NCBI GenBank assembly: GCA_964445095.1
Contig: CAYUJR010000005.1
Coordinates: 1 to 50,422, forward strand
DNA: 50,422 nucleotides
Reading direction: 5' to 3'
Origin: an uncultured Gammaproteobacteria bacterium
GTDB lineage: Bacteria > Patescibacteriota > Microgenomatia > Levybacterales > JACOYD01
The notes beneath the pieces are model-generated. The model searched no databases. It had not been told where the DNA came from and was given only the letters and a program-made list of their open reading frames with translations. The position numbers and the translations under genes are program-made. Shown here one piece after another: positions 1 through 9,107 of this stretch (position 1 is the stretch's first letter; each line of letters starts with the position of its first letter).

Positions 1-744
1 GGGCATTCTAAGTGGGCGCAGATTAAAAGACAAAAAGGGACGGCGGACGTTAAGCGCGGATTAGCCTTTACCAAACTGGCCAACGCTATCACCATCACCG
101 TGCGGCAGGGTGGGGGAATTGCCGATCCCGACAGCAACTTTAAACTTAGATTAGCTATCGAAAAAGCCCGTTCTGCTAACATGCCCAAAGAAAATATTCA
201 AAGAGCCATTGATCGGGGAAAGGCCCCACTTCGTCAAGACTCCGCGGGGTTGGAAGAAGTGGTTTATGAAGGGTTCGGGCCGGGAGGCATAGCTGTGATT
301 ATTGAATGCGTCACCGATAACAAAGAGCGCACCCGTTCGGAAATTCGCAACATTTTTGATAAAAGCGGGGTAACGCTGGGACAGGCTGGCTCGGTAGCTT
401 ATCAATTCAGTCAGGCGGGCCTAGTCACTGTTAAAAAAAATAATTTATCCACAGAAGAAATTCTTAACAAAGCTATCGAAGCCGGAGCAGAAGATTTAGA
501 AGAAGCAGGAGAAGAAAGCTTAATTTATACACCAGCTAATCATCTAAAAGCTGTTAAGGATAACCTAGCTCAAGCCGGCCTAACAGTAGTAGAAGCCGAA
601 CTGACTCGCCGGCCCACCGTGACAGTTCCTGTTACCGATAAGGAAATTTCTGCCAAAATACTTTCTTTTGTAGAGACGATAGAAAACCTTGATGATGTAC
701 AAAAAGTTTATTCAAATTTTGAGATAAGTGACGAATTATTATGA
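1..744 (+). CDS. yebC: YebC/PmpR family protein (5' end lies just outside the window)
   Basis: Frame is open from base 1 as GHSKWAQIKRQKG...KRGLAFTKL. Family motifs NMPKENIQRAI, YEGFGPGG, TDNKERT and DDVQKVYSN are present. Confidence 0.95.
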   Translation, partial: GHSKWAQIKRQKGTADVKRGLAFTKLANAITITVRQGGGIADPDSNFKLRLAIEKARSANMPKENIQRAIDRGKAPLRQDSAGLEEVVYEGFGPGGIAVIIECVTDNKERTRSEIRNIFDKSGVTLGQAGSVAYQFSQAGLVTVKKNNLSTEEILNKAIEAGAEDLEEAGEESLIYTPANHLKAVKDNLAQAGLTVVEAELTRRPTVTVPVTDKEISAKILSFVETIENLDDVQKVYSNFEISDELL

Positions 745-1268
745 TAATTTTAGGTATTGATCCCGGCACGGCCCGGATGGGCTGGGGAGTAATTGAAATT
801 AGAAATTGGAAATTAGAAATTGGAAATTCCCAAAAGATTTATCTTTTGGGTTATGGGTGCGTGGTGACGGGTAAAGAAGACGGAGTGGGGAAGAGGTTGG
901 GTATCCTGCGAAAGGAACTTAAAAAAGTTATAAATAGCCACAATCCGGATATTATGGTAATTGAGCGGCTTTTCTTCGGTATGAATGCCAAAACTGCCAT
1001 TTCTGTGGGTCAGGCCACGGGGATAATTCATCTCACCGCTTCAGAAAGCAGTATTCCTACTGTGGAATATACCGGTCTTCAGGTAAAGCTGACGGTGGCG
1101 GGGCATGGTAGAGCCGATAAAAAAGTTCTGCAAACCAACGTCCGTCGTTTTTTGGGTATCAACAACTTAAGTTTTAAGGGAAAGAAAAAAGGCTGGGATG
1201 ATGCCTCCGACGCTTTAGCCATTGCCATTTGTCACGTCCATAAGACTTCATATGATAAAAATCATTAA
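741..1268 (+). CDS. ruvC: Holliday junction resolvase RuvC
   Basis: Motifs ILGIDPG, IERLFF, GHGRADK and DASDALAIA; follows yebC as usual. Confidence 0.95.
   Translation: MIILGIDPGTARMGWGVIEIRNWKLEIGNSQKIYLLGYGCVVTGKEDGVGKRLGILRKELKKVINSHNPDIMVIERLFFGMNAKTAISVGQATGIIHLTASESSIPTVEYTGLQVKLTVAGHGRADKKVLQTNVRRFLGINNLSFKGKKKGWDDASDALAIAICHVHKTSYDKNH
795..829 (+). repeat. In-frame heptamer tandem repeat (GAAATTR) x5 in ruvC
   Basis: gaaatta gaaattg gaaatta gaaattg gaaattc, encoding EIRNWKLEIGNS. Confidence 0.85.
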
Positions 1269-2043
1269 AAACTTAAGTAAAAGAGCTAAGTTTGTCATTG
1301 TTACCTTATTGCAAGCTGGCGGTTTTTTTGCCTTTCTTTATTTTGACGCAGACTCACGTCTTATCAGCTATATTATTCTTTCTCTAACTGCCAGCTTGAG
1401 TTTATTCCTCATACTTTTGGATGATTTAAAACTTGGTCCACAGCTATTGCTACTAGTTCTGCCCCTTTTTTATACTTTAGCCTTTGGTCTTTTTTATTCA
1501 CTGCTGCCGGCCAGATTTTTAACCAGACTAATTTTAACTAGTTTTTACGGAGTAGGGCTTTATGCTTTATATCTTTCCCATAATATTTATGCCGTGGCAG
1601 GTGCGAGAACAATTCAGCTGTTAAAAGCAGCCCATTCGGTGGGGTTTTTGCTGACGGTTTTGACTCATTTTTTCTTGATGAACGTGATTTTTTCCCTCCA
1701 TTTGGTGACGCCTCTAGTTTTGGGACTCGTTTTATTATTAAGTTTTAGTCTCATTTTACCCATCATGTGGAGCGTTACTTTAGAAGAGTATCTAAGTAAG
1801 CAGGTAACTGTTTTCTCTGCTATGCTGGCCTTGGTGATCGGACAGCTTTCACTAATGTTGAGCTTCTGGCCGGCGCATCCGACCGTGGGAGCTCTTTTTC
1901 TCTCCGGTAACTTTTATACCTACGTCGGTCTCTCTCAAGCATGGCTGGAAAGAAGATTATTTAAAAACACCCTATGGGAATTCGTAGGTGTAGCAATTAT
2001 AGTGTTGTTAGTATTAATTACGTTTACCAAGTGGGGGGAGTAA
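1252..2043 (+). CDS. Multi-pass membrane protein (DUF5656-like, typical of CPR)
   Basis: About 9 hydrophobic segments and a NIYAVAGARTIQLLKAA motif. Start placed at ATG 1252; family name recalled, not searched. Confidence 0.65.
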   Translation: MIKIIKNLSKRAKFVIVTLLQAGGFFAFLYFDADSRLISYIILSLTASLSLFLILLDDLKLGPQLLLLVLPLFYTLAFGLFYSLLPARFLTRLILTSFYGVGLYALYLSHNIYAVAGARTIQLLKAAHSVGFLLTVLTHFFLMNVIFSLHLVTPLVLGLVLLLSFSLILPIMWSVTLEEYLSKQVTVFSAMLALVIGQLSLMLSFWPAHPTVGALFLSGNFYTYVGLSQAWLERRLFKNTLWEFVGVAIIVLLVLITFTKWGE

Positions 2044-2584
2044 AGAGGGGAGAAGGGTGCTTGTACCGCGAAGCGTAGCGAAGTGGTGAAATAGTTTGAT
2101 ATGGTTAGTTTTCACAAAACTATGAGCTACTTTTCACAGGCATATGTGGATAACTCATGGAAACGATTCCACTCCACCGTAGCAGGGTGAACAATAAAAG
2201 TACGCATAAAATTAATACTTTAGCGCATTATTACGCTCTAAATAGCACTATACTCTTTTCTGTTAAGAAGTTGTAAAAAATGTGATTTGAGAAGCTGTTG
2301 GGTAGAGAAAAAAACCCGAAAAAGGTTGAGGGTTTTAGCCTCAAAATTATACATTTATCGCATGAAAACGGGCTAAATGAGATATGATAGGGAGTGGAGT
2401 GGCGCTGAGGTCGGTACGAAATTTTTTTCGTCAGCAATTGCGCGCTCTACTGTTTCTAAGCGGGAGGATGGCATAGAGCAAGGTGCTGACATCAAAAAAT
2501 TTGTACCTCCCCGCGCCATATCATACATAAATGAAATAAAGAGAAAATAAGAATAGATAGGAGACTAGGGAAGCAGCAAGCACT

Positions 2585-2612
2585 ATGTCGTACAATAATA
2601 CTTTTACGACGC
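2585..2612. other. Putative dif-like Xer recombination site (11-6-11 imperfect palindrome)
   Basis: ATGTCGTACAA-TAATAC-TTTTACGACGC. It lies in a 700-bp intergenic gap where gene orientation converges and local G/C bias flips. Confidence 0.6.
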
Positions 2613-2745
2613 TAGCCAGGCTGGGTTGCCGGAGAAGTGGTTTTTAGTTGGTCATTGATCATTAGTAATTAGTTGTTGGTAATTTTTACTTATCCCTTCC
2701 CCTAATCTCCTAATATCTTATTTTCCCAATTCCTTATTTTTACCC

Positions 2746-3351
2746 TCACTCCCCTACTATGGGATATTGAGAGAATTGTTCTTGCAGAGGAAGAAAAGGT
2801 TTAAATAGTTCATCTCCGTCAACCTCACGGCCGTTTTCATAAAAGAAATTTGAATGCCAACCGTTGGGGAATTCTCCTGCCGTAAAATAATTATAATCAT
2901 AAGTCTTTGGGTTTAAATGAACAGCCCAAAACATTATTTTTCCAGTTGTTGGGTTAATAACTCGCAAGAAATATTTATAAGGACCAATAGGTTTTTCACT
3001 TAAATCCAGAATCGGACGCGTAAGCCGATGGCCAATGTTTTCGTCTGGTAAATTATAAGTATCAATAACCGGGCGTTGACCGCCGGCGCTGCCAATCATT
3101 ACTGCCTTTGGCAGAGTTACCACACCAATTTTATTATTAAATTCTCCTCGTTCCCGATTTTGATTAAGAGATTTAATAAGAGAATTAATAATAGCTCGTT
3201 GAGGGGAAACAGAAGGTGGTGGTTGTTCTTGGTTAACAGTTCTAACAGCAGAAGTTGTTGGCGATAGTTGGAGGGAAACTCTACAACCAGTTGTTAAAAG
3301 AGCTACAGAAGATACAGCTAATGCCAAATTTTCAAGTCCGTTCCTGCCCAC
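2746..3351 (-). CDS. Hypothetical lipoprotein
   Basis: TTGACA(3387-3382)-17-TATATT(3364-3359)-7nt-GTG(3351) gives MGRNGLENLALAVSSVALLTTGC, a lipobox-type signal peptide. The ORF-track TTG start is the -35 box. Confidence 0.65.
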   Translation of the reverse strand: MGRNGLENLALAVSSVALLTTGCRVSLQLSPTTSAVRTVNQEQPPPSVSPQRAIINSLIKSLNQNRERGEFNNKIGVVTLPKAVMIGSAGGQRPVIDTYNLPDENIGHRLTRPILDLSEKPIGPYKYFLRVINPTTGKIMFWAVHLNPKTYDYNYFTAGEFPNGWHSNFFYENGREVDGDELFKPFLPLQEQFSQYPIVGE

Positions 3352-3396
3352 GGGCAAGAATATACGCCTTAAGATTTCATTTGTCAAATATTCTAT

Positions 3397-4764
3397 TTAA
3401 TATAGTATGGCTAGTTCATATGGTGGAGTTTTGGATTTGGGGGTTTGGTAAATATCAACGCCCGACTCAATCGCTTCTAAAATTTTCACATAGCGGTAAA
3501 AAATGGCATTGGTCCAGCCAAAACCGGCTTGAGTTTGGTAATGAAAATCACTGGGCTTATCGCCCCGCACTCCATCAATTTTCTCAAAAAAAGTGCCATA
3601 TTTTCTAAAAAGTCGAGCATGCGTTTCGACCGATTTTTTCATAATCTGCTCGGCTTCTTTGATAAAGCCATATTTTAGCAGGCCGACAACTGTTAAATAC
3701 TCGAGCGGCGGCCAACTATGGGGATAATCCCACTGCTTGGGTTTAATGACTTCCTCAATGGCCGGCCGGTAGCGATGCGGTATATGGCGTAGGCTAATTT
3801 GGGGGGCCAGCGATTCCTTGGCGGTCACGACCAGGCCATGGTCTGTTTCAAACCGAGATAAATTTCTTGCCATTTTTTTGGCCTGTTGTTTTGATGCTAA
3901 ACCAACCCACAAAGGAGTAAAGCCGGCCAGCGACCAAAAATCACTCTGACGGGCGAAAAAATAACCATAATCAAAAAAGAAGCCTTTTTCCTCATTCCAC
4001 ATCAGTCGATTAATTTCTTTTTGACGAGCAGTAGCCTTTTTAATCCAAAAACGTTCTTCTTTTTTATCGTTTATCAAACTGGCAAAAAAAGCCAAGTCCG
4101 TTTCATATTTATATAGATAAACATTAAGGTCAATCGGCAGAAACTCGCTACAGCGGCTGTAGAAGCGAGAGGTGAAATCCCAGCCGGATTCAATTTCTGA
4201 TGAATGGGCATAGCCCAGGTCTGTATCGCCATAACGGTTGAGCTGATACCCTTTGACCCGATGATGATAAAATCCGTGTGGATCGTCCCATACTGTTTTG
4301 TATTCCCGGCGGGCAGTATCAACAGCTTTTTCTAACCAATTTTGCTGCTTAAAAACTTTGTAGACATTTTTGAACAAATTTTTTATCCGTTCTTTAAGGT
4401 CTTGTTTGTAAAGAGAAGAACTATAAACATCTTGAATCATCGAGGTGAAAAAGGGCGGTTGGGAGCGGCCGGTGGCAGTGGGAGAATCAAAATTGGGAAT
4501 AATGTGAAACCTGTCGAAAAGATAAATAAAATTATCCATCATGCTTTTCATTAAAAAGCGGCGTTTGGTATCCAGCAGTCCTCGAAACATAAAATAACTG
4601 TCCCAGTAGAAAATATAACTAAATTTTTGATCGTTGGGAGTAAAAAAGGTATGAGGAATAGTAATGCTATGGCGATGGACTCGTTTTTTAGTGGGCGGGA
4701 AAATAATTCTATCCCAATAGGAGTCGATATATTCCAGGCAATCTCGGTATTTCTCCCCCACCAT
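3397..4764 (-). CDS. Alpha,alpha-trehalase (GH37)
   Basis: Motifs YIFYWDSYF, RSQPP, ESGWDFTSRF, PIDLN, QWDYP-SWPPL, FEK and GFGWTN. Confidence 0.9.
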   Translation of the reverse strand: MVGEKYRDCLEYIDSYWDRIIFPPTKKRVHRHSITIPHTFFTPNDQKFSYIFYWDSYFMFRGLLDTKRRFLMKSMMDNFIYLFDRFHIIPNFDSPTATGRSQPPFFTSMIQDVYSSSLYKQDLKERIKNLFKNVYKVFKQQNWLEKAVDTARREYKTVWDDPHGFYHHRVKGYQLNRYGDTDLGYAHSSEIESGWDFTSRFYSRCSEFLPIDLNVYLYKYETDLAFFASLINDKKEERFWIKKATARQKEINRLMWNEEKGFFFDYGYFFARQSDFWSLAGFTPLWVGLASKQQAKKMARNLSRFETDHGLVVTAKESLAPQISLRHIPHRYRPAIEEVIKPKQWDYPHSWPPLEYLTVVGLLKYGFIKEAEQIMKKSVETHARLFRKYGTFFEKIDGVRGDKPSDFHYQTQAGFGWTNAIFYRYVKILEAIESGVDIYQTPKSKTPPYELAILY

Positions 4765-4795
4765 AGGTTGATAGTAATACTAGTTAATTAATTTT

Positions 4796-7291
4796 TCAAG
4801 CCGCAGAACGAAAGGTGCTGGATACAGTGGTAGGTCTTACTACTCCATTGCTATCTTTTTTGACCAAAGTCATTCTGAGGAGAGGCGTATGGCAGCGTCG
4901 GGCATTTTCCATGGCCGTTCGGGAGGGTTTAAAAGCTGTGGGAAGCCATACTCGCTTACCGCGAGTGGCGCCTGGACGTGCTTTCCCCTTTCTGACATCC
5001 TTTCTGTTAATTGAGTCAGGGTCGGTAGGTATTAGTTGGAAAATTTCTCTCTCTGCTCCAGGTGCCAGTTCAGCAGCTAAACGGTCCAGATCTATTTGTT
5101 CTTCTTGAACTGTTCCTCCATCCACCTCTCTTTGGGTGGTAATAATATAGTCTGCGCTTTCTCTGAGCAGATCTTCAACACTTCGGAGTGGCCGGCGATT
5201 GCCATTGGTTCTTTCAGTTCTTTGCTGAGCTCGGTTAACAGCCGTGAGCAATCTTTTGGCTATTTCAGCTTTTGAGGGAACCAACAGGGCATGGGTTAGA
5301 GAAATTACCCGTTGATTTAATTGTAGGAATAACTCCCAGGAGATTTTTTCTTCAAGCGCCAGATCAGCCAAGTTTCCCTCTAATTCGCCGTTTTTATCTA
5401 TATAAAATGTGACAGTTAGATCTTCTCCTAAGTAAATTACTCCTTCTAAGTCACTTTGTTGAGCGGGGTTATAATTAGTAGAATGGGCTAACTGGATACG
5501 CGGATAATAATTTTCTCTGGCCCGAACCGGCTGTCTGTGATTTAGTCTAATAATAGTATCTCCTGCGCTTAAAGTTCCGTCTCTTTTACAAGTTTTAGCA
5601 TTGGGATTGAGATCAACCCAGGCTTGACGTAAATCTTTTTGTAATTGGGCAACTTCTTCTAGTGTTAGTTTTTGTTTAAACACCTGGCCTAACGCGTGTG
5701 TAATTTGTTCTTCGCGGGTTAATTCATGAGTTTCTGGAGACGGGGTTGGCTTGGCTGGTTCTGCGTTTTCCTCAAAAATAATTGCTTGGTTAGGAAGAGA
5801 ATTCATTGGTTTGAGGTGGCCCAAAACTCTACCACTTCCTGCATCTATATACGCATCTCCTACACGTAAAAACCTCCATTCTGATCTCGTCACAATCTCT
5901 AAAAGTTCTTCATTAGATATGCTAGGGTCGATATCAATCAGTGAGGATAAGTATATTCTTGCAAGCGTTAATTTTACCTCGTCGGAGATAGCTTTGGATC
6001 TGATAATATCAGAAAAAAGAAAGTTGCCTGCTACATCATCTTTTTCAAAAACAGCTGCTAAGAGAAGCGCTGCCGTAAGCTTTTTCCATAATTCTTGTTC
6101 AGATCCTGATTGATTTGAAAAATTAGCAAGACTAATAATAATCGGGAGAAAGTGATGCTTTTCATGACCTAAAAATTTTCCAGAATGATCTACGATTGGA
6201 CTTTCCCAATATTCGGTGCCAACTAATAGATTAATTAAAACTCTTCTTGTTTCTGAATTAATTCTTGGATTAGCTAAGGTTTCTGCCATAACGAAGATAG
6301 CGTTTTTTAATCCCTCTGGCGAGCTGGTGGCGTTTTTTTTAAATCCTAAAAGATATTCTCTTCCTGAATCTGGTAAGTCAAACGTTGATCTTAAATCATT
6401 TTTCCGAAAAAAGATTTTTAATATAGAACAAGTAGCAACAATGGCTAGTCGCAAAGACTCTTCATCAAGTGGTTTTGTTAAAGCAGTTTTTACCCTTCTT
6501 CCAACGGTCATGACAAAATCTTGCCAGTCGGCAGGTCGTGGTACCATCGCATTCGGCATTCTTTGTCCCATTTTTCGTTCATATGCAAAAAGCTCAGCGT
6601 TACCTATAAGCATAAGCTGTTCTTCCAGAGTTAACCCTTCTTGTTTTTGAGGCTTTTCTTCTGGAACCAACTTTTTGTTAGGTTTTTCTTTGAGAGCTAT
6701 ATAATTAGGTTTAAGTAAATTAGATAGCAAAGTTCCTACGGATTGAAATTCCGGTTTTAATTTAGTCAAAACATAATAACTGACTTCTGCAACTCTCAAA
6801 TTAAAAACGAAAAACTCATTTCTATCGGGAATAGCCGTGAGAAAGTCAGGTATTCTTCTTTCTGTCAAATCGGTTAATACAGCCATAGTATCTAAAGCAT
6901 CCGGCGTAACTTCTTGAGCTTTTGTGGCACGATCGGCCAAAACTTCTATGCCTGCCGCCAGGTGGCCAGGGTCAAGAGATATAGTTTCCCAAAAAGCTTC
7001 TGTAGCTTCTGGCGTTGGAGCTCCATGAGCAAATAAACTATCGATTAAGTCTCGGGTTTCCTCCAGGGCTTGTAAATATGCCCCAAAACTTTCGCTAGGT
7101 CTGATAATGGGAAGAACATCCGTTGCTTCTCTCCATTGGCCTTCTGATGCCGGATGGGTTTGTACAAAATTTACCGCTGGTATTGCAGGTGGAGAAGGGT
7201 TTTTCGCTTCGTATCCTCTTCTCCGAGAAAGTAAACGGCGGTCCCGTCGAGAAAGGCCAGTTGTAAAGTTTTTTCCTTCTTTTCCATTCAT
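4796..7291 (-). CDS. Large hypothetical protein (~831 aa)
   Basis: Long ORF with no recognised domain. Start re-placed at ATG 7291, 8 nt after TGcTATACT (7305-7300), with TTGCAT as -35. Confidence 0.7.
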   Translation of the reverse strand: MNGKEGKNFTTGLSRRDRRLLSRRRGYEAKNPSPPAIPAVNFVQTHPASEGQWREATDVLPIIRPSESFGAYLQALEETRDLIDSLFAHGAPTPEATEAFWETISLDPGHLAAGIEVLADRATKAQEVTPDALDTMAVLTDLTERRIPDFLTAIPDRNEFFVFNLRVAEVSYYVLTKLKPEFQSVGTLLSNLLKPNYIALKEKPNKKLVPEEKPQKQEGLTLEEQLMLIGNAELFAYERKMGQRMPNAMVPRPADWQDFVMTVGRRVKTALTKPLDEESLRLAIVATCSILKIFFRKNDLRSTFDLPDSGREYLLGFKKNATSSPEGLKNAIFVMAETLANPRINSETRRVLINLLVGTEYWESPIVDHSGKFLGHEKHHFLPIIISLANFSNQSGSEQELWKKLTAALLLAAVFEKDDVAGNFLFSDIIRSKAISDEVKLTLARIYLSSLIDIDPSISNEELLEIVTRSEWRFLRVGDAYIDAGSGRVLGHLKPMNSLPNQAIIFEENAEPAKPTPSPETHELTREEQITHALGQVFKQKLTLEEVAQLQKDLRQAWVDLNPNAKTCKRDGTLSAGDTIIRLNHRQPVRARENYYPRIQLAHSTNYNPAQQSDLEGVIYLGEDLTVTFYIDKNGELEGNLADLALEEKISWELFLQLNQRVISLTHALLVPSKAEIAKRLLTAVNRAQQRTERTNGNRRPLRSVEDLLRESADYIITTQREVDGGTVQEEQIDLDRLAAELAPGAEREIFQLIPTDPDSINRKDVRKGKARPGATRGKRVWLPTAFKPSRTAMENARRCHTPLLRMTLVKKDSNGVVRPTTVSSTFRSAA

Positions 7292-7332
7292 AGGTACGGA
7301 GTATAGCAAAAAGGGTGATAAAAATGCAAAAA

Positions 7333-7361
7333 TTGACAATTAAATTTCTGCGTCGCATAAT
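7333..7361 (+). promoter_or_regulatory. Sigma70 promoter of xer (leaderless), overlapping a dif-like arm
   Basis: TTGACA-17-CATAAT-6nt-ATG. Confidence 0.75.
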
Positions 7362-7367
7362 ATTATT

Positions 7368-8294
7368 ATGACTAATTCTCTGCCCCAGTTAATTGATGAG
7401 TTTTTAGAATATTTAGAAATAGAGAAAAACTGCAGTAAGCTGACGATTCGAGACTATCGGCATTATCTGGAGATTTTTGTTAATTGGTTTTCTTCCACAG
7501 GAAAGTCTATTAAGGATTTGGATTTGCAAACTGTCCGTAAATACCGCATTTATTTGGCTAATAAAGCTGATAGTAAAGGATTGACTTTAAAACGTGTTAC
7601 TCAAAATTATTATGTGATAGCCCTACGTTCTTTTTTGCGCTTTCTTATTAAAAATGACCATAAAACCCTGGAGCCGTCTAAAATTGACTTGCCAAAAACA
7701 GAAAGTCGTAGCATTAAATTTTTAGAACGGGAACACGTTGACAGATTAGTGACCGCCGTTAATACCGAAAAAGAGGAAGGGATTCGCGATCGGTCGATAC
7801 TCGAATTGCTTTTCTCAACCGGCCTGCGGGTTTCTGAACTGGTCTCGCTAAACCGTGACCAGATAAATATCGAGCGGCGGGAGTTTGGAGTGGTGGGTAA
7901 AGGCGGGAGGCCGCGGGTAGTGTTTATTTCAGATAGAGCCGTCCAGTGGCTGTCTCGTTATCTAGTAAAGCGAAAGGATACATTTAGACCTTTGTTTATT
8001 CGCTATTCGGGAAAAGTTATTATTGAGAATAATGGCGAGAAAATGCGGCTGACTGCCCGTTCGGTCGAGCGGCTGATCAAAAAATATGTCAGGCACTCAA
8101 GATTACCTATTGATGCTACAGTTCATACTCTGCGTCACTCCTTTGCTACGGATCTTCTTAATAACGGCGCTGATATCCGCTCGGTGCAGGAGATGCTAGG
8201 TCACAAGAATATCGCTACCACTCAAATTTATACCCACGTTACCAACCGCCAACTACGGGAGGTACATGCCGCCTTTCATTCAGGTAACAAATGA
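7368..8294 (+). CDS. XerC/XerD-family tyrosine recombinase
   Basis: SAM-like N-terminus plus STGLRVSEL, GKGGR, HTLRHSFAT and LGHKNIATTQIYT. Confidence 0.95.
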   Translation: MTNSLPQLIDEFLEYLEIEKNCSKLTIRDYRHYLEIFVNWFSSTGKSIKDLDLQTVRKYRIYLANKADSKGLTLKRVTQNYYVIALRSFLRFLIKNDHKTLEPSKIDLPKTESRSIKFLEREHVDRLVTAVNTEKEEGIRDRSILELLFSTGLRVSELVSLNRDQINIERREFGVVGKGGRPRVVFISDRAVQWLSRYLVKRKDTFRPLFIRYSGKVIIENNGEKMRLTARSVERLIKKYVRHSRLPIDATVHTLRHSFATDLLNNGADIRSVQEMLGHKNIATTQIYTHVTNRQLREVHAAFHSGNK

Positions 8295-8311
8295 TGACAT
8301 TACACGCATTA

Positions 8312-8337
8312 CACACCTTGGATGTGTGGTACGTTCA
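8312..8337. repeat. REP-like hairpin downstream of RAYT
   Basis: CACAC-cttggat-GTGTG-gtACGTTCA; near-identical to 9064-9091. Confidence 0.6.
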
Positions 8338-8355
8338 CACCTTAGTAAAAATGCA

Positions 8356-9023
8356 CTATTCAAGTATTAAGTGTTTTATTCTATCTAATTTTCTTTGGTA
8401 ATCTATTTGATTTGCCACAAATTTTTTATAATCAGCGATCGATCTAAAAAAATCTAAAATTATATCTTTTCTAAGATATGTTTTTTCTCTACGAATATAA
8501 TCAGGATAAGATGACCACGGATAGCTTTCTAATTCTTCTATTGTTCTAATCAGAAAAGCCGTCATGGGATTAAGGTGAATATATCTAGATACATGAATAA
8601 GCTGTTCATCAGATTCTATCCTGACGGCCCTGAAATTTTGCTGGAAAAGTGAACCAGTACGGGTAGTTTTAATGTTAAAATATTTGGCAAAGCTGTTTTG
8701 AAAATTACTCATAAATTGATTTATTCCTCTTCTCTCTACTCCTTTTAATAAAAAATGAAAATGATTTGGCATGAGACAAAAACAAATTATCTCTACGACT
8801 GGTTTGTTTAAAATTAAATCTTTTAAAAATTTAGCTTTTTGGTCTTGCGGTAAGCGGTTATAGAAAGAAAATCGAAGAGGTGGCTTGCCATATTGATAAA
8901 AACGGAAAACATCAATTGCTCTTTGGTAATCTTTGGCGGACAAAAATATTTCCTGTTGCCCATTGCTTCTGTTATAGACATGGTATATTTCTCCATTAAC
9001 AACCGGGTTTTTCTGTAGGCCAT
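8356..9023 (-). pseudogene. REP-associated tyrosine transposase (RAYT, Y1/HUH), frameshifted near the 5' end
   Basis: Motifs CLMPNHFHFL, GSLFQQNF, YIHLNP and YPWSSY. ATG 9023 (MAYRKT) is out of frame with the conserved VNGEIYHVYNRS segment. Confidence 0.8.
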
Positions 9024-9063
9024 AAATAGATAATATCGGAAAAATACCAAGGTGTCAAGCTAC

Positions 9064-9091
9064 CACACATTGGAAGTGTGCGGAACGTTCA
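9064..9091. repeat. REP-like hairpin upstream of RAYT
   Basis: CACAC-attggaa-GTGTG-cggaACGTTCA. Confidence 0.6.
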
Positions 9092-9107
9092 TAGTAGGAA
9101 TAAGTGA

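Noticed and set aside
2065-2087. ACCGCGAAGCGTAGCGAAGTGGT, resembling the inner part of the GIY-YIG-associated palindrome
   Set aside because: It is short, lacks the outer GTCAT/ATGAC arms, and cannot be distinguished from chance.
2108-2153. Perfect DnaA box TGTGGATAA (2145-2153) with two weak TTTTCACA neighbours, suggesting oriC
   Set aside because: There is only one consensus box and no dnaA nearby. Genes converge here rather than diverge, which fits a terminus better. Another TTATCCACA at 445-453 lies inside yebC and looks incidental.
7368-8294. Tyrosine recombinase as a phage or integron integrase
   Set aside because: It is a typical chromosomal Xer with no IntI insertion, att repeats, attC cassettes or phage genes.
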